From assembly GCA_009602735.1 (NCBI GenBank), contig WELA01002856.1, positions 252,742-293,012 on the forward strand: a stretch of DNA of 40,271 nt. The letters run 5' to 3'. Positions 1 through 10,580 of the stretch are shown here, one piece after another. The notes below the pieces were generated by a model. That model saw only the letters and a program-made list of their open reading frames with translations, was not told the origin of the DNA and ran no database searches. The position numbers were made by a program, and so were the translations under genes. Numbering within the stretch: position 1 is the first letter of the stretch; each line of letters begins with the position of its first letter. The stretch is from Mesotaenium endlicherianum (taxonomy: Eukaryota).

Positions 1-357
1 GGAGTGCTTGAAATCCAAGGTATCCACCTTTTGGGCCACTTCAATGATCTTTGAGAAGTCCGTTAAGTCGCGTAACTCCACTTCCTTTAACACCTTGGGT
101 TTGAGGCCATAGATGTAACGGTCAATCTTCTCCTCGAGAGACATGTTGGGGATCTCAAGAGTGAGGGCGTGAAATCTGGATGTATACTCTTGAACGGACG
201 TCGTTTGCTTGAGATGGTGGAGCTTTCCTCGGGCAATCTTCTCCGCATTGATGGGCATGAATTGCTTCTTGAGGGCCTCACGAAAATCTGCCCATCTTGC
301 ATATGATGGTGGGGGCTCTTGGCCGAGCATGGGGTGCGCCATAGCTTGATATATAGC
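1..357 (-). CDS. gag: Retrotransposon Gag (capsid) fragment
   Basis: An open frame not listed in the ORF track reads ...WADFREALKKQFMPINAEKIARGKLHHLKQTTSVQEYTSRFHALTLEIPNMSLEEKIDRYIYGLKPKV..., matching the LKQ-x-x-SVxEY...F...GL Ty3/Gypsy Gag signature. Confidence 0.85.
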
Positions 358-358
358 C

Positions 359-898
359 NNNNNNNNNNNNNNNNNNNNNNNNNNNNNNNNNNNNNNNNNN
401 NNNNNNNNNNNNNNNNNNNNNNNNNNNNNNNNNNNNNNNNNNNNNNNNNNNNNNNNNNNNNNNNNNNNNNNNNNNNNNNNNNNNNNNNNNNNNNNNNNNN
501 NNNNNNNNNNNNNNNNNNNNNNNNNNNNNNNNNNNNNNNNNNNNNNNNNNNNNNNNNNNNNNNNNNNNNNNNNNNNNNNNNNNNNNNNNNNNNNNNNNNN
601 NNNNNNNNNNNNNNNNNNNNNNNNNNNNNNNNNNNNNNNNNNNNNNNNNNNNNNNNNNNNNNNNNNNNNNNNNNNNNNNNNNNNNNNNNNNNNNNNNNNN
701 NNNNNNNNNNNNNNNNNNNNNNNNNNNNNNNNNNNNNNNNNNNNNNNNNNNNNNNNNNNNNNNNNNNNNNNNNNNNNNNNNNNNNNNNNNNNNNNNNNNN
801 NNNNNNNNNNNNNNNNNNNNNNNNNNNNNNNNNNNNNNNNNNNNNNNNNNNNNNNNNNNNNNNNNNNNNNNNNNNNNNNNNNNNNNNNNNNNNNNNNN
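359..898. other. Assembly gap (540 N)
   Basis: Run of n. A second run is at 30978-31100 and single n occur at 13150, 15569, 28662, 29740 and 37316. Confidence 1.
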
Positions 899-1084
899 AC
901 TTTTGCCACATGGAGTTCTTCTAGGTCTTTCCTCTAACTTCGAAAATGCCTTGGAAGGTTCAAAGGACATGAACCAAGTTACTAGAGTACCTATTCACAC
1001 TTGACTCCACACAATACTACTCCAAATATATTTGAAAACATTAAAATATATGCGAACTAATATATAATAACTCAAATCACTACA

Positions 1085-2251
1085 CCCAGCCCACCTGCCC
1101 AAGCAGGGGAAGAAGCTGATCTGACTGTACTGGGCAGCAGACACAGGCAGAAATCCCCAGAGGACAAGGGTGCCAGAAGAGGGACACGCGGGTGAGCCCG
1201 AGGTATGCCGGCCTCCCCCTCCGCTCAGGGGCATGTACCTCTAGCCAATGTATTTCAGCATCCTACTAGAATGCCTGTCTATGTGGGGATCAACACCCAA
1301 GTGGTTGAAGAGCAGGCTACCATCCTTCGTTCTCCTCGAGGTCCAACTTTAGAGCAAACAGGGTTCTTTAGAAGGCCAGCTAACAGACCTAGAGGGCTGT
1401 CCAGATCTAGGTCCAGATCTCCGTCCCCTGATCCTGAAGCTCCAGGAACAACCCTTTAAGGTGACAGGCTGAAAAGACAGTCAGTAGGGGGAGGCTGGTC
1501 AGGGTCAGTTCCTTTATTTAAGGCTTTTGCAGTTTAATGTTGTCGAGGCGACAACAAGTTAAGTGAGAGGGATTGTAATGAATCAATGTATTAGTGAATA
1601 TAATATTCATTTAAAGATAATTGTTAATTAAGTTCAGCCTGCTCAACTTTAGTTAATAGTCAGTCTGCTGGACTTTACATAATTATCAGTTTAATGACTT
1701 AGCCGGAAGCAGCAGGCTGAAGTCCATATAAGTCAGCTTGCTGACCCATTCTTTGACAGCCAGCTGACTTCCGTACACGGTAGCAGCGAACTGCCTTGAC
1801 ATACACCTAAGTACGATGTGCTAGATGAATCGCCAGATGACATCCCTATGATAGATGGCTATTCGGGATGATAGGAAATGGCGGTGGATTTGGTTAACCG
1901 AGGTCCTACCAACGTGGTTAACTCCCGGGTAGGCGGTGCCATCGCACTGACCGTTGAACAGTAAACTCATTCCATGTACATATGCTAGGCATTGCTCTCG
2001 AGTTCGGCATTCGGAAACGAGGCCAACTCTCTTTTACAGCTTACTGAGAGATATCTGAATCCAAGGCGAGAAGCCATTGATACGCACTGTCTTCTAACCT
2101 TGCTTATGTATGAGTTTACTGATTTGCATTATTGATGCTAGTTTACTCGCATTTGACTTACGAGTATTATTCACTGCTAGTGTATTGTCCTTTGCCGTTT
2201 AACCAGTTAACGGAAATTGTTAATCGCTTATTTGGTAAGTCGATTCATTTC
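1085..2251 (+). mobile_element. 3' end and 3' LTR (1574-2251) of a probable third LTR retrotransposon
   Basis: Decayed low-complexity ORF remnant to 1459. Then a GTTGTCG...CGACAAC hairpin and purine tract AAGTGAGAGGGA (1561-1572), followed by TGTAATGAATC at 1574. The matching inverted terminus GATTCATTTC is at 2242-2251. No second LTR is present in the window to confirm. Confidence 0.55.
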
Positions 2252-3371
2252 TGTCAGATTCAGAGAAAATCGCCCGTCAGGCTTTCACAAAGTCACAGCT
2301 TACAAAACTCTGAAAGTACACGTCTATGCTGGCCTGGGTCAAGCTCTTCACTTAACACCTCGCCTTAACAGTTCTTTATTGCCAGGCTAGGCTCACTCAG
2401 TTCTTCACTGAGAGCTTTATCTGCCAATACTACCCTCTCTCTTCGAGATGCGAATGCGACTTCTGAGAACTTGGAAACTGACACACAACTCACCAATTTA
2501 AGACTGCTTCACACACACTTGTGATTGTGCTAATCTCCTAGCCGATTCTATTCTGCAGTTCTCCTACTTTCAACAGTGAGATTCCTTCTTGGGAACTCCT
2601 ACAAACCTAACTCATCTATGATACATTGAGAACAATCTTCAGCGTCGGCAGAAGCGTGGGGCCTCGGCTCTCCAATGGCCTTGGGAACTCCTTCTTCTTC
2701 TTTGCGCCCTTCTTCTCCTTCCTTCTGCTCCTTCTGCTCCTTCTGCTTCTTGGCAAAAGTGCGTGAGAGTGAATGACATGTCTCAGGCAAGATTCGTGCC
2801 TTTCGCAGGCACCACACAGCGTCATCTTTCGAGAATTCCGTGCTTAGTCACAAAGCTTAGCTGCATGTCGCTTCTGCCTAGCCTTGCTCAACTCAAGCTC
2901 GTAGTCACTCGGCATGCATGCACACCTCGTGACTGTTGCGCGTGGCTGCTTAGCTTCTCAGCTGGCAATCACGCCTAATTGGCTCATGGCGAAGAACTCC
3001 TGAGCGGCGTGTACAAGCAAATGCCACTTGCTCAAGATTCCCAACCGGGCGGCCGTAACCTATCTTGGCTTGCGGCCATGACCTGGTTTAATCTGCCAGT
3101 CACACAGTACCTGACTTGGTACCTGCTGGACGGCTCATCACTGATCCCCAGCTTCTAGCCTCGCGGTTGTCTATGCTGTCAAAACCTCCCCCATCCCTGG
3201 GTGTGGGGCACATTGACATTGACCCCTTGCCAGTGGTCTTGACGCCGACATAACCGCTGACTGCGACGTAATCAGTCAAGTGGTCGGTGAGTCAACGTTG
3301 ACTTTCCGTACCTGGGTGGCCGTAGCTTGCGCTGCGCGTGCGGCACCGTCAAACGGATAATAGTCGCGACA
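2252..3371 (-). repeat. 3' LTR (shared portion) of the DNMT-Gypsy element
   Basis: TGTCAG...GCGACA, 1120 bp. It aligns with 15874-17004 with roughly 25-30 substitutions and 3 indels counted by eye. It may extend to 3677 (see findings). Confidence 0.9.
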
Positions 3372-3677
3372 GCTGTCGTGCCTAACAGTGTCGGTCCCTC
3401 GGCACGTGCGTAGCCTTCCAGCACGTGTGCCTTCGACCTGGTCGATGTGTCGGTGGCCCTCCTCACGTGTGGGCAAACATGGTCGATCGACCTTCGCACG
3501 TGTGTCGGTGACAAGCCTCACCAAGGTTGACCCATCCCTGGGCTCCTGAACTTGCACCATGCAACCATGACCAACACACAGAGCAATGTTCTCCTTCACT
3601 TAGCTCTCACCATCTGCTCATCCTAAGACTTCGCAAAAAATTTTAAAATTACTTGCTTTGCCTTAATTCCTCTTACA

Positions 3678-3688
3678 CCCCTCCCTTT
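3678..3688 (-). other. Candidate polypurine tract of the DNMT-Gypsy element
   Basis: Minus strand reads AAAGGGAGGGG, overlapping the last base of the integrase-PHD stop codon and immediately followed by TGTAAG. Confidence 0.55.
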
Positions 3689-5000
3689 CAGCTGCTGAGG
3701 CGTCCCTGCCTTTTCTGCTGAAAGCTATTTCCAGCCCTGCGGCTAGGGGTTTTAGGAAGGCAGTCAGGACATACCCATCGTCCTGCCATAATCTCTTCCT
3801 CGCCAATGCAGAAAGTGTGCCAACGGGCACCACACTTATCGCAAGTTACCATTGCTTCCTGATCATCCAGCACTTTGCAGCTGGCACAAGGCGTGGCTGG
3901 CACCAATTCCTCGGGCACAACCCTAATCGTAGGATCAATATTCGGCAAATGGCATAGCGAGCAATTCTGCACGTGGTCTCTCATGGTCTTACCATCAGAA
4001 CCTTCCAGTTCTAACACACCATTGTCAATTGCATGTTTCACGCGTAAGAACACTGCACCTGAACTGGTGTCGATGGTGGTCTTGGTCTGGCGCTTGCGAT
4101 TGACGAAGTCTCCTTCTTGAATGTGCGTCATCTGCAGGCGGTAGCTCCCGTCTCGCGTCCTGGCGTAAACGCTGCGTATCTCTTTTCTGCGCAATTTTTA
4201 GATTGTCCAGCGCAGCCGGCATCATGCGCTCAAATAACGCCTTACGACGTACCATCACCTTTAGCAGTTCATCAGGGCTGTCCAGGTCTTTCACCTGTTC
4301 AATCTCCTGCTTGATGCTGCTGGGCACTACTGGACTTCTGCCAAGCAGTATCTGATATGGCGAGTACTTTGCCAAGGCAGCCTGCTTGCTAAATCTGTAA
4401 CCCATAACCAACCATGGCAGGGCCAGATCCCAATCACGCTTGTCATGCTCAAGCCAAAACTTGCGCAAAGCAGACTTAATGGTTTGCACCATCCTTTCTG
4501 CCAGACCATCTGCTTCCGGATGATCTCTAGACGTAGTGCAATGATCGATGAAGCATCTATCCAAGAGTTTCTGAAATGACCCTTGGAACTCGAACCCTTG
4601 GTCTGTCAGCACTTTTGCTGGAGCTCCATGACGCACAATCACACCATTGAGGAGTGCTTCCGCGGTCCCTAGACTCTCCTTAGCAGCCAGAGGCACGACC
4701 TCTATCCACTTAGAGAAATGCTCAATCATGACCATGATATACTTGTTACCTCGCTTAGACAGCGGTAGCTCACCTGCGAGATCACAGCTCCAGCGGTAGC
4801 CTAGGCCCATGATTGGCAGAGGTTGCAAGTGTGGATGTTGCCTGTAAAACTAGCCTTGACGCGATCACAGCTTTGGCAGGCCTTGATCACATCTTCACAC
4901 TGTTGCTTCATGCCCCTCCACCAGTAAGACAGCTCCAAAAGACTATACGTCTTCTTGACACCATAGTGTCCAGTGTTCTCGTGCATTTCCTGCACAAGAG
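3688..5000 (-). pseudogene. Integrase (HHCC, DDE core) with C-terminal PHD finger, frameshifted near 4830 and 4170
   Basis: HENTGH...CQSC zinc finger. Catalytic triad in WSCDLAG / LTDQG / GLAERMV. The C-terminus CASC-x11-CDKC-x4-HTFC-x12-CPDC is a C4HC3 PHD finger (about 3760-3890). Confidence 0.9.
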
Positions 5001-5329
5001 CTCGTCTCCTGATGGGTTCTGGCACTAACTTCTCCTGACCAATTTCTTCAATTTTGAAGAGGTTGTTGCGTTTCCAGCAAAACCTTTTAGCTCGATGGCT
5101 TACCTGGTCCTTCTCCTTCTCTGATAGCACTTCCAAGTGAGTTCCCGTCTGCAGCCAGTGCATAGTAGCTTGATCTTTCCAGATCTCCAAACTGAACAGG
5201 GGTAGAGGCTCAGCTTCACCTGATGCTACCATTCCAGCCATTTCGGCTAGGCAGGCCACCAACTCTGCTGGGCTGCTCGGATGTTCGTCCTCTCGAGCTC
5301 CTGTTATGTCGTCGGAAGATGGGTCTGGG

Positions 5330-5955
5330 TTCCTGCTGAGTCCATCGGCGTCGTTGTTGAGCACTCCTGCTCTGTGTACCACCGTCACTTGGTACTCTTG
5401 CAGCTTAAGAGCCCAGCGAGCCAACTTACCAGTGAGGTCTCCATTCTTCATCAGCCATAGTAATGGTGAGTGATCCGTGATCAGCGTGAAGGGTCTTCCC
5501 CACAGATACTCTCTGAAGTGTGTGACAGCCCAAACCACTGCCGGCAGCTCTCCTTTGTAGGACGAGTAGTTGCTCTCCGCTCAATTGTCAGAGCGTGAGG
5601 CATAGGCAATGACATACTCCTCTCTAGGACTTGCGGCCTGAGTGAGCACTGCGCCAATTCCTACACGACTCCAGTCAGTGTGCAGATTGAACAGCTTGGA
5701 GTAGTCAGGCGTTCGCAAGATTGGGGCTGTAACCAGTCGCTCCTTAAGCTCGTTCATGGCTTTCTCCTGAGCTTCTGTCCACACAAAAGGCACATCCTTT
5801 TTCAGGAGTTCCGTCAGGGGTTTAGCAATTCTGCTATAATCCTTCACAAACTTACGATAGTATCCGCTTAGCCCTAACAGAGCTTTCAGCTTAGACACAT
5901 TCGCAGGTGCAAGTATCTTGTAAATAGCCTCAGTCTTCTCAGCCTGAGGGGACAT
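5330..5955 (-). pseudogene. RT connection and RNase H domain (in-frame TGA at 5581)
   Basis: LLGLSGYYRKFV, FNLHTDWS..GIGAVLTQ, IAYASR, NYSSYKGE, LITDHSPL, LARWALKLQEY and ADGLSR motifs. Confidence 0.93.
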
Positions 5956-6730
5956 AGCATTTTCCCAATCTCATGTCCTAGGTAAGGCACGTGTGCCTCA
6001 AAGAATCTGTACTTCCCAGGATGCAGCTTCATCTGGAATTTTTCCAGGCGCTGGAACACTTGTTCCAAGTGCTCGAGGTGCTCCTCTATGGACTTGCTGA
6101 ATACTACCACATCGTCAATGTATGGCTTAGCAAAATCCAGCCCCTCCAGCACTTTATCCATAGTCCTCTGAAATATGGCTGGGGCATTTTTCAGCCCAAA
6201 TGGCATTACTGTCCATTGCCAAAGTTCCCTTTGAGCCCAGAAAGCGGGCTTACCTCGATCTTCTGTTTTCACAGGGATTTGGTTGAAGCCTTGGCGCAGA
6301 TCGATGATGCTGAACACCTTCCCGGTGGTGGCAATCGCAAGATCCGCTCCGGCGTAGGCATCACATAGCTGTCTGGCTCCGTGTACAGATTCAGTCGCCT
6401 GTAATCTCCACACATACGAGTGGCAGTGTAATTGCCGGCCTCGTCCTTTTTAGCGACTACTACTGTGGGAGCCCCATGCACTGAGGTAGATTTTCCAATC
6501 ATGCGGAGCTTATGCAGCTCTTCGCTAGTTTTCTCCACACAGTCCCATTCTGTCTGACTAAGCTTATGCGGCCCAAGTCTGACTGGGTTATCAATAATTA
6601 GTGTGAACTCACACACACTGGCAGTGATTCTACCAATCTCCTCCTTAGTAAAAGCAAACACCTTGCGGTGTTTCTTCAGCAACCTTTCTACTTGTGCTCT
6701 CTGCTGGGCTGAGACCATTTTCCCAAATGG
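5956..6730 (-). pseudogene. Reverse transcriptase, frameshifted near 6330 and 5960
   Basis: RMCGDYRRLN, FSIIDLRQGFNQI, VMPFGLKNAPAIFQR, YIDD (6111-6122) and YLGH motifs. Confidence 0.95.
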
Positions 6731-8829
6731 CAAAAGCCTCAGTTTCAGGTTGCTTCTCCCCAACAAAGGCATCCAGTAGTTGCAACTCATTGGGTGCAGG
6801 TGTGGGCTTTTCGCCCTCATCCTGGCCCTCAGGCTTTCTGCCTGATTTTGGCTCTCGAGCTTTTCTGCCTGATTCTTAGGAGGTGGGGTAGCAAGCTTTG
6901 CACCTTGCTCCTCCGTTGCCATAGGCTCTGCAGCCTGCTTCCTAGGCTTTTTACCTTTTCCAATGACGCGTCGCCTCTCCTGCTGTGAGGTGTACGTCAG
7001 GCGCCTCCGGATGGGTTGCCTTAGGAACTTTTCTTCGTCGACTGCAGTCCAACTGGTCCCAGTTCCTCCTTCTTCACGTGGCCGAGGTTGGTTAGCCACT
7101 GGCCAACCTGCAGGACCTGTCCTAGGGCTGATTACCCAGCCCCACTCTCGCTCAATAACAACCATGCGGGCGACGGTCGTGCCATACTCCTCCCTTGCGG
7201 GTGGTGTGACCGTCCATGCCTGCGCCAACGTTTGCGACCTTTGAGATGCCGCTAGTTTTGCGAGGAAAACATCATCCGCTGCGGTCAAGCGGCTCATATC
7301 CATCAGTTCCCATTCTGGGATTGCAGGTGTCATGGGAGCAAGTGCCTCCGGCCTCGACATCCTAAGATCTGATAGTTGCAACAGCGGCGTGTTAATGCCT
7401 GGCGGCACACTAATGTCCAATGCCATTGCCCTGCGAATCAAGCCGTCCTCTCCCTCTCTCTGCAGAATATCCCGCAGAGGAGGAGGAGGTGGGGCTGTGG
7501 TTCCTCGCGGAACGCCCTCTCTCTGAGCCTTCCCCTTATGCTTGAAATATCGCTTTAGCATCCTCCTAAAAGATGCGTTACCCTCACGGGCCACCTTCCT
7601 TGGTCTGCTTGCGCGACCTTGGGCTTACCTTGCGCTGTCTCCACTTTAGCAGTGCAGGCAGTCACCTCCTGCCATTGCGGCGGTCGTGCAGTTGACTTGG
7701 GCACTGCCACTGAAAGACTGGCAGTAGGGGTACTGGATGTTGGTGACCTTAGTTCTTCATAAAGGTCTGCCGGGCTTGGCCCCATCAGGTGGTCAGCTAC
7801 CCAGTCGTCTGTCCTCAACTCCTGCAAGTCAAGCAGATCCAACTCTGGCGTGGGAAAACGTGGAATTTCTTCCCTGGCTTCCCCTCCATTGTTGAGTGAT
7901 GGCAACTCAAACTCTGGGAGGCCTTGCATCTCTGCATCCTCTCCCTCCTCCGGCTTCTCTGTTCCAGGAGGCGGCGGTTCTTCATCCCCTCCTGCTTTGA
8001 GCCTCCCCATGTTGATGATGGCTGACTGTAGAGCGCGAGCTGCTTTCGCCACTTTCTCTTCCTTGAGTCGAGGGGCGTCTGCTTCCAGCAATTGCTCCAT
8101 GATTTGCCTGGTGCTCGACTCAGCTGTGCTGCCAACTGTGTCTTGTAGTTGCCCTTTGGCCTCTGGCGCTGGGCTCATCAGAACAGGTGTGGCGGGCAAT
8201 CTCTCGATTGTCTCCTTCCTGCGTTCTTCAAAGATCACCTCCAGGCAAATGGTCTTTCCAGACCCTCCAGAATTTCCTGAATTCTGACTGCATTCTTCGG
8301 CCCATTCGCCAATATTGCACTGGCGTTCTTCATATCTTGACGTTGCCGCGTCTGGGGATGGGCGACATGGTCTTGGGCCATGTTCCGTAACTCAGAAGTG
8401 GTCTCTTCCTCCCCTTCCGGCATCCTCACAAATATTTTGCTGGAGCGTTCTGCAGATAATGGGATCTCTTGTAATTTGCTTGCTGCAGCGCTCTCCAAAG
8501 GGTTTGCTTCACCAGTTGCCTGGTCTTCCATGGCTACGTCTTCCCGCAGCCTTCGCAGCTCTCTTTCCAGAGGGTCGTGTAGAGCCGTTTTCCAATTGTC
8601 AATACGCGCTAGTAGGTCTTGACACCTGGTCAGCTCCGCCACTCTGGTTTCTCTGAGTGCTTCACCTTGGTCAGCCTCAGCTGCGTCCCTTTCAACACCA
8701 TATTCTTCTTGTCGCTGATGCGCTTCCCTGACAGCTCTCTGATCAGAGGTTGGCACCACATGGACTCCAATCGTTACTGGTCTCGGCCTGGGCATAGGCT
8801 TGTCAGAGAATGTCATTTGCTGCCAAGTC

Positions 8830-9794
8830 ATAATCGTCTCCACCAACCACGTCATGGAGTGATGCCCAATCATGTTGCCGAATATCTTCCCAGCGTCGTC
8901 CTGTCCCACCATCGCAACAATTTCTTGTGCAATGGAGTTGGGTACCCCCAGGCACCTTCCCTTCTCTTCAGCTGTCGGCTCTCTCCACTGAGCTTCTCTG
9001 TTGTGCGCGTTCTTAACCATGTCTGGTCCTCCATTCACGAATGCGCGTGATCCTGGGTATGCCGTGAAGGTGGGCAGCACCACCCTCGGCCGGCCTGGCT
9101 CGTTGACGACGTGCTGTGGGTAGGAATCCCTCCTGATCACTGGCTTGGTTTCCACCATCAGTGCTTCTCCCACAGATGCTGCTGTTGGTGTGCGCCGCGT
9201 AATCTCCTCCATCTCCCTCAGGACTTCAATGGACATGCCGTTGGTCCAGAATAGTCTGGCCCGGTGTGAGACTCCTCCGTGCCTGGCGTCGTTGATCAAT
9301 ACATGATGACCCAGGGTGGAGTCAAAGACCAGCCATGGATCTCCTGGGTTCATCTGGTTGTAATCCATCCCTGGACGTACATTCTCAATCACAAACACTG
9401 GTGGGTAGAGATGCTGGCGTTCCCGCAGCATACTGATGATTTTCACCATCCATCCCCAGTGTTGTGCTCGCAGGTCATTGAATCCCCTCCTGTTCCCAGC
9501 TTGCAAGAAAGGTTGACAAGGGAATCCCGCAAAGATCCAGTCAATCCTGTAATCATACGAGTCCTCAGACTTCACATCGAGAATGTTTCCTCCAGCAAGA
9601 CGCACCAAACTAGAGTCAGTAGGCACCAACGCCTTGAAATGATGCATTTGCCGAATCTGACTCATGATCTCCTTAAATGCTGTGAAAGCACTCTCATCAT
9701 TGTCCACATACAGCACTTTGGATACTTGGATACCTCGCTGAATCTGTGAGATGGTTCCAGAACCAAGTTCGGCGAACAATTCCAGCACTACTAC
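8830..9794 (-). pseudogene. C5 cytosine DNA methyltransferase domain, in frame with the retroelement protease (ORF 8235-10445)
   Basis: Ordered motifs: I VLELFAELG (9762-9794), II LYVDND, III GNILDV, IV AGFPCQPF (catalytic Cys 9516-9518), VI FVIENV (9378-9386), VIII HRARLFWTN, IX RCLGVP, X IFGN. Confidence 0.92.
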
Positions 9795-10149
9795 TCCTCT
9801 CCTGTGAAATGGATCTTCCATCCTCACAATGCCTTGCGGCAGCGGGTCTACTCCAGGCATCGAATTGGCAGCAGACTTAACTGGATAAGGAACTGGCAGG
9901 AGCTCTTGCGGGCCACGGTCCCTCTTACTCACAGTTTCCAGTTGCTCCATAATCCGAGGTTGCCAAACCAAGGGAGTCGGCATGTTGACGCTGGTGTAGC
10001 CCTCCTCTTCGCGTTGCATGATGAGGTCATAATGGTCTGGACACCGGTCATTCACACAACAGTCTAGCAGTCCGTAGTTCGCCTCTTCCCAGCAAACCAT
10101 TTTTACAGGAATTTCTCCTGTCGGCTGCCGATCTGTCGACTGGTAAGTC

Positions 10150-10463
10150 ACCCTCTGCTTCCGCAGGTCGATGACCATACCCAGGGGAATCTGGGCTTCT
10201 GTCCCCAAGAGGACATCATAGTTCTCTGCCTCTGTCACCGTGCATTCTATGAGCAGTGACGCCTCCTCAGGTTTCCCCAAATTTACTGTGATTTTCACAG
10301 GCTTGCGGGTAATTCCACAAGAGTTTGAAATCTGCCCAGATGCAGTCCTCAACTGAAATGGACTTTCTTTCAGGTCCCTTGCCGTCAATCCCAGAGCTTT
10401 CACAGCTCGCTTTCCCAAGATTACTGGCTGTGCGCCAGTGTCCAATAGGATATTGGAAGCGGC
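10150..10463 (-). pseudogene. Retroviral-type aspartic protease
   Basis: ILLDTGAQPVILG active site and downstream YDVLLG flap-side motif, in the same frame as gag and DNMT. Confidence 0.9.
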
Positions 10464-10580
10464 TCAGTCGTTGAACGTCAAAACTCTATCCTTGTTCTGC
10501 ACTCTCACAGTGCTGAAATTAGTAGGCAGCGAAGCGCTGTTCGCGCCTTCCTCAGCTATGTCCAGCTGCTGTCCGGCTTC

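Larger units (their letters stand above)
1..1084 (-). mobile_element. Partial Ty3/Gypsy chromovirus, second copy of the 12374-15392 family in opposite orientation (5' LTR start plus gag, runs off the window)
   Basis: 899-1084 is the reverse complement of the first 186 bp of the 503-bp LTR, starting TGTAGTGATTTGAG at 1084. An N gap (359-898) follows, then gag sequence on the same strand. Linking LTR and gag across the gap is inference. Confidence 0.8.

Noticed and set aside
87..970. Long ORFs in the track at the window start and at 29946-31207
   Set aside because: They are open mainly because they cross N runs.
2599..2825. Short KQKEQKEQKE ORF present in both LTRs (also 16232-16498)
   Set aside because: It arises from a 9-bp CTCCTTCTG repeat. 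Its presence twice only reflects LTR identity, and it has no ATG start or domain.
8830..9794. DNMT as a bacterial restriction-modification gene, contaminant or host DNMT gene
   Set aside because: It is intronless, in frame with the retroviral protease and enclosed by the LTRs, with no nuclease partner.
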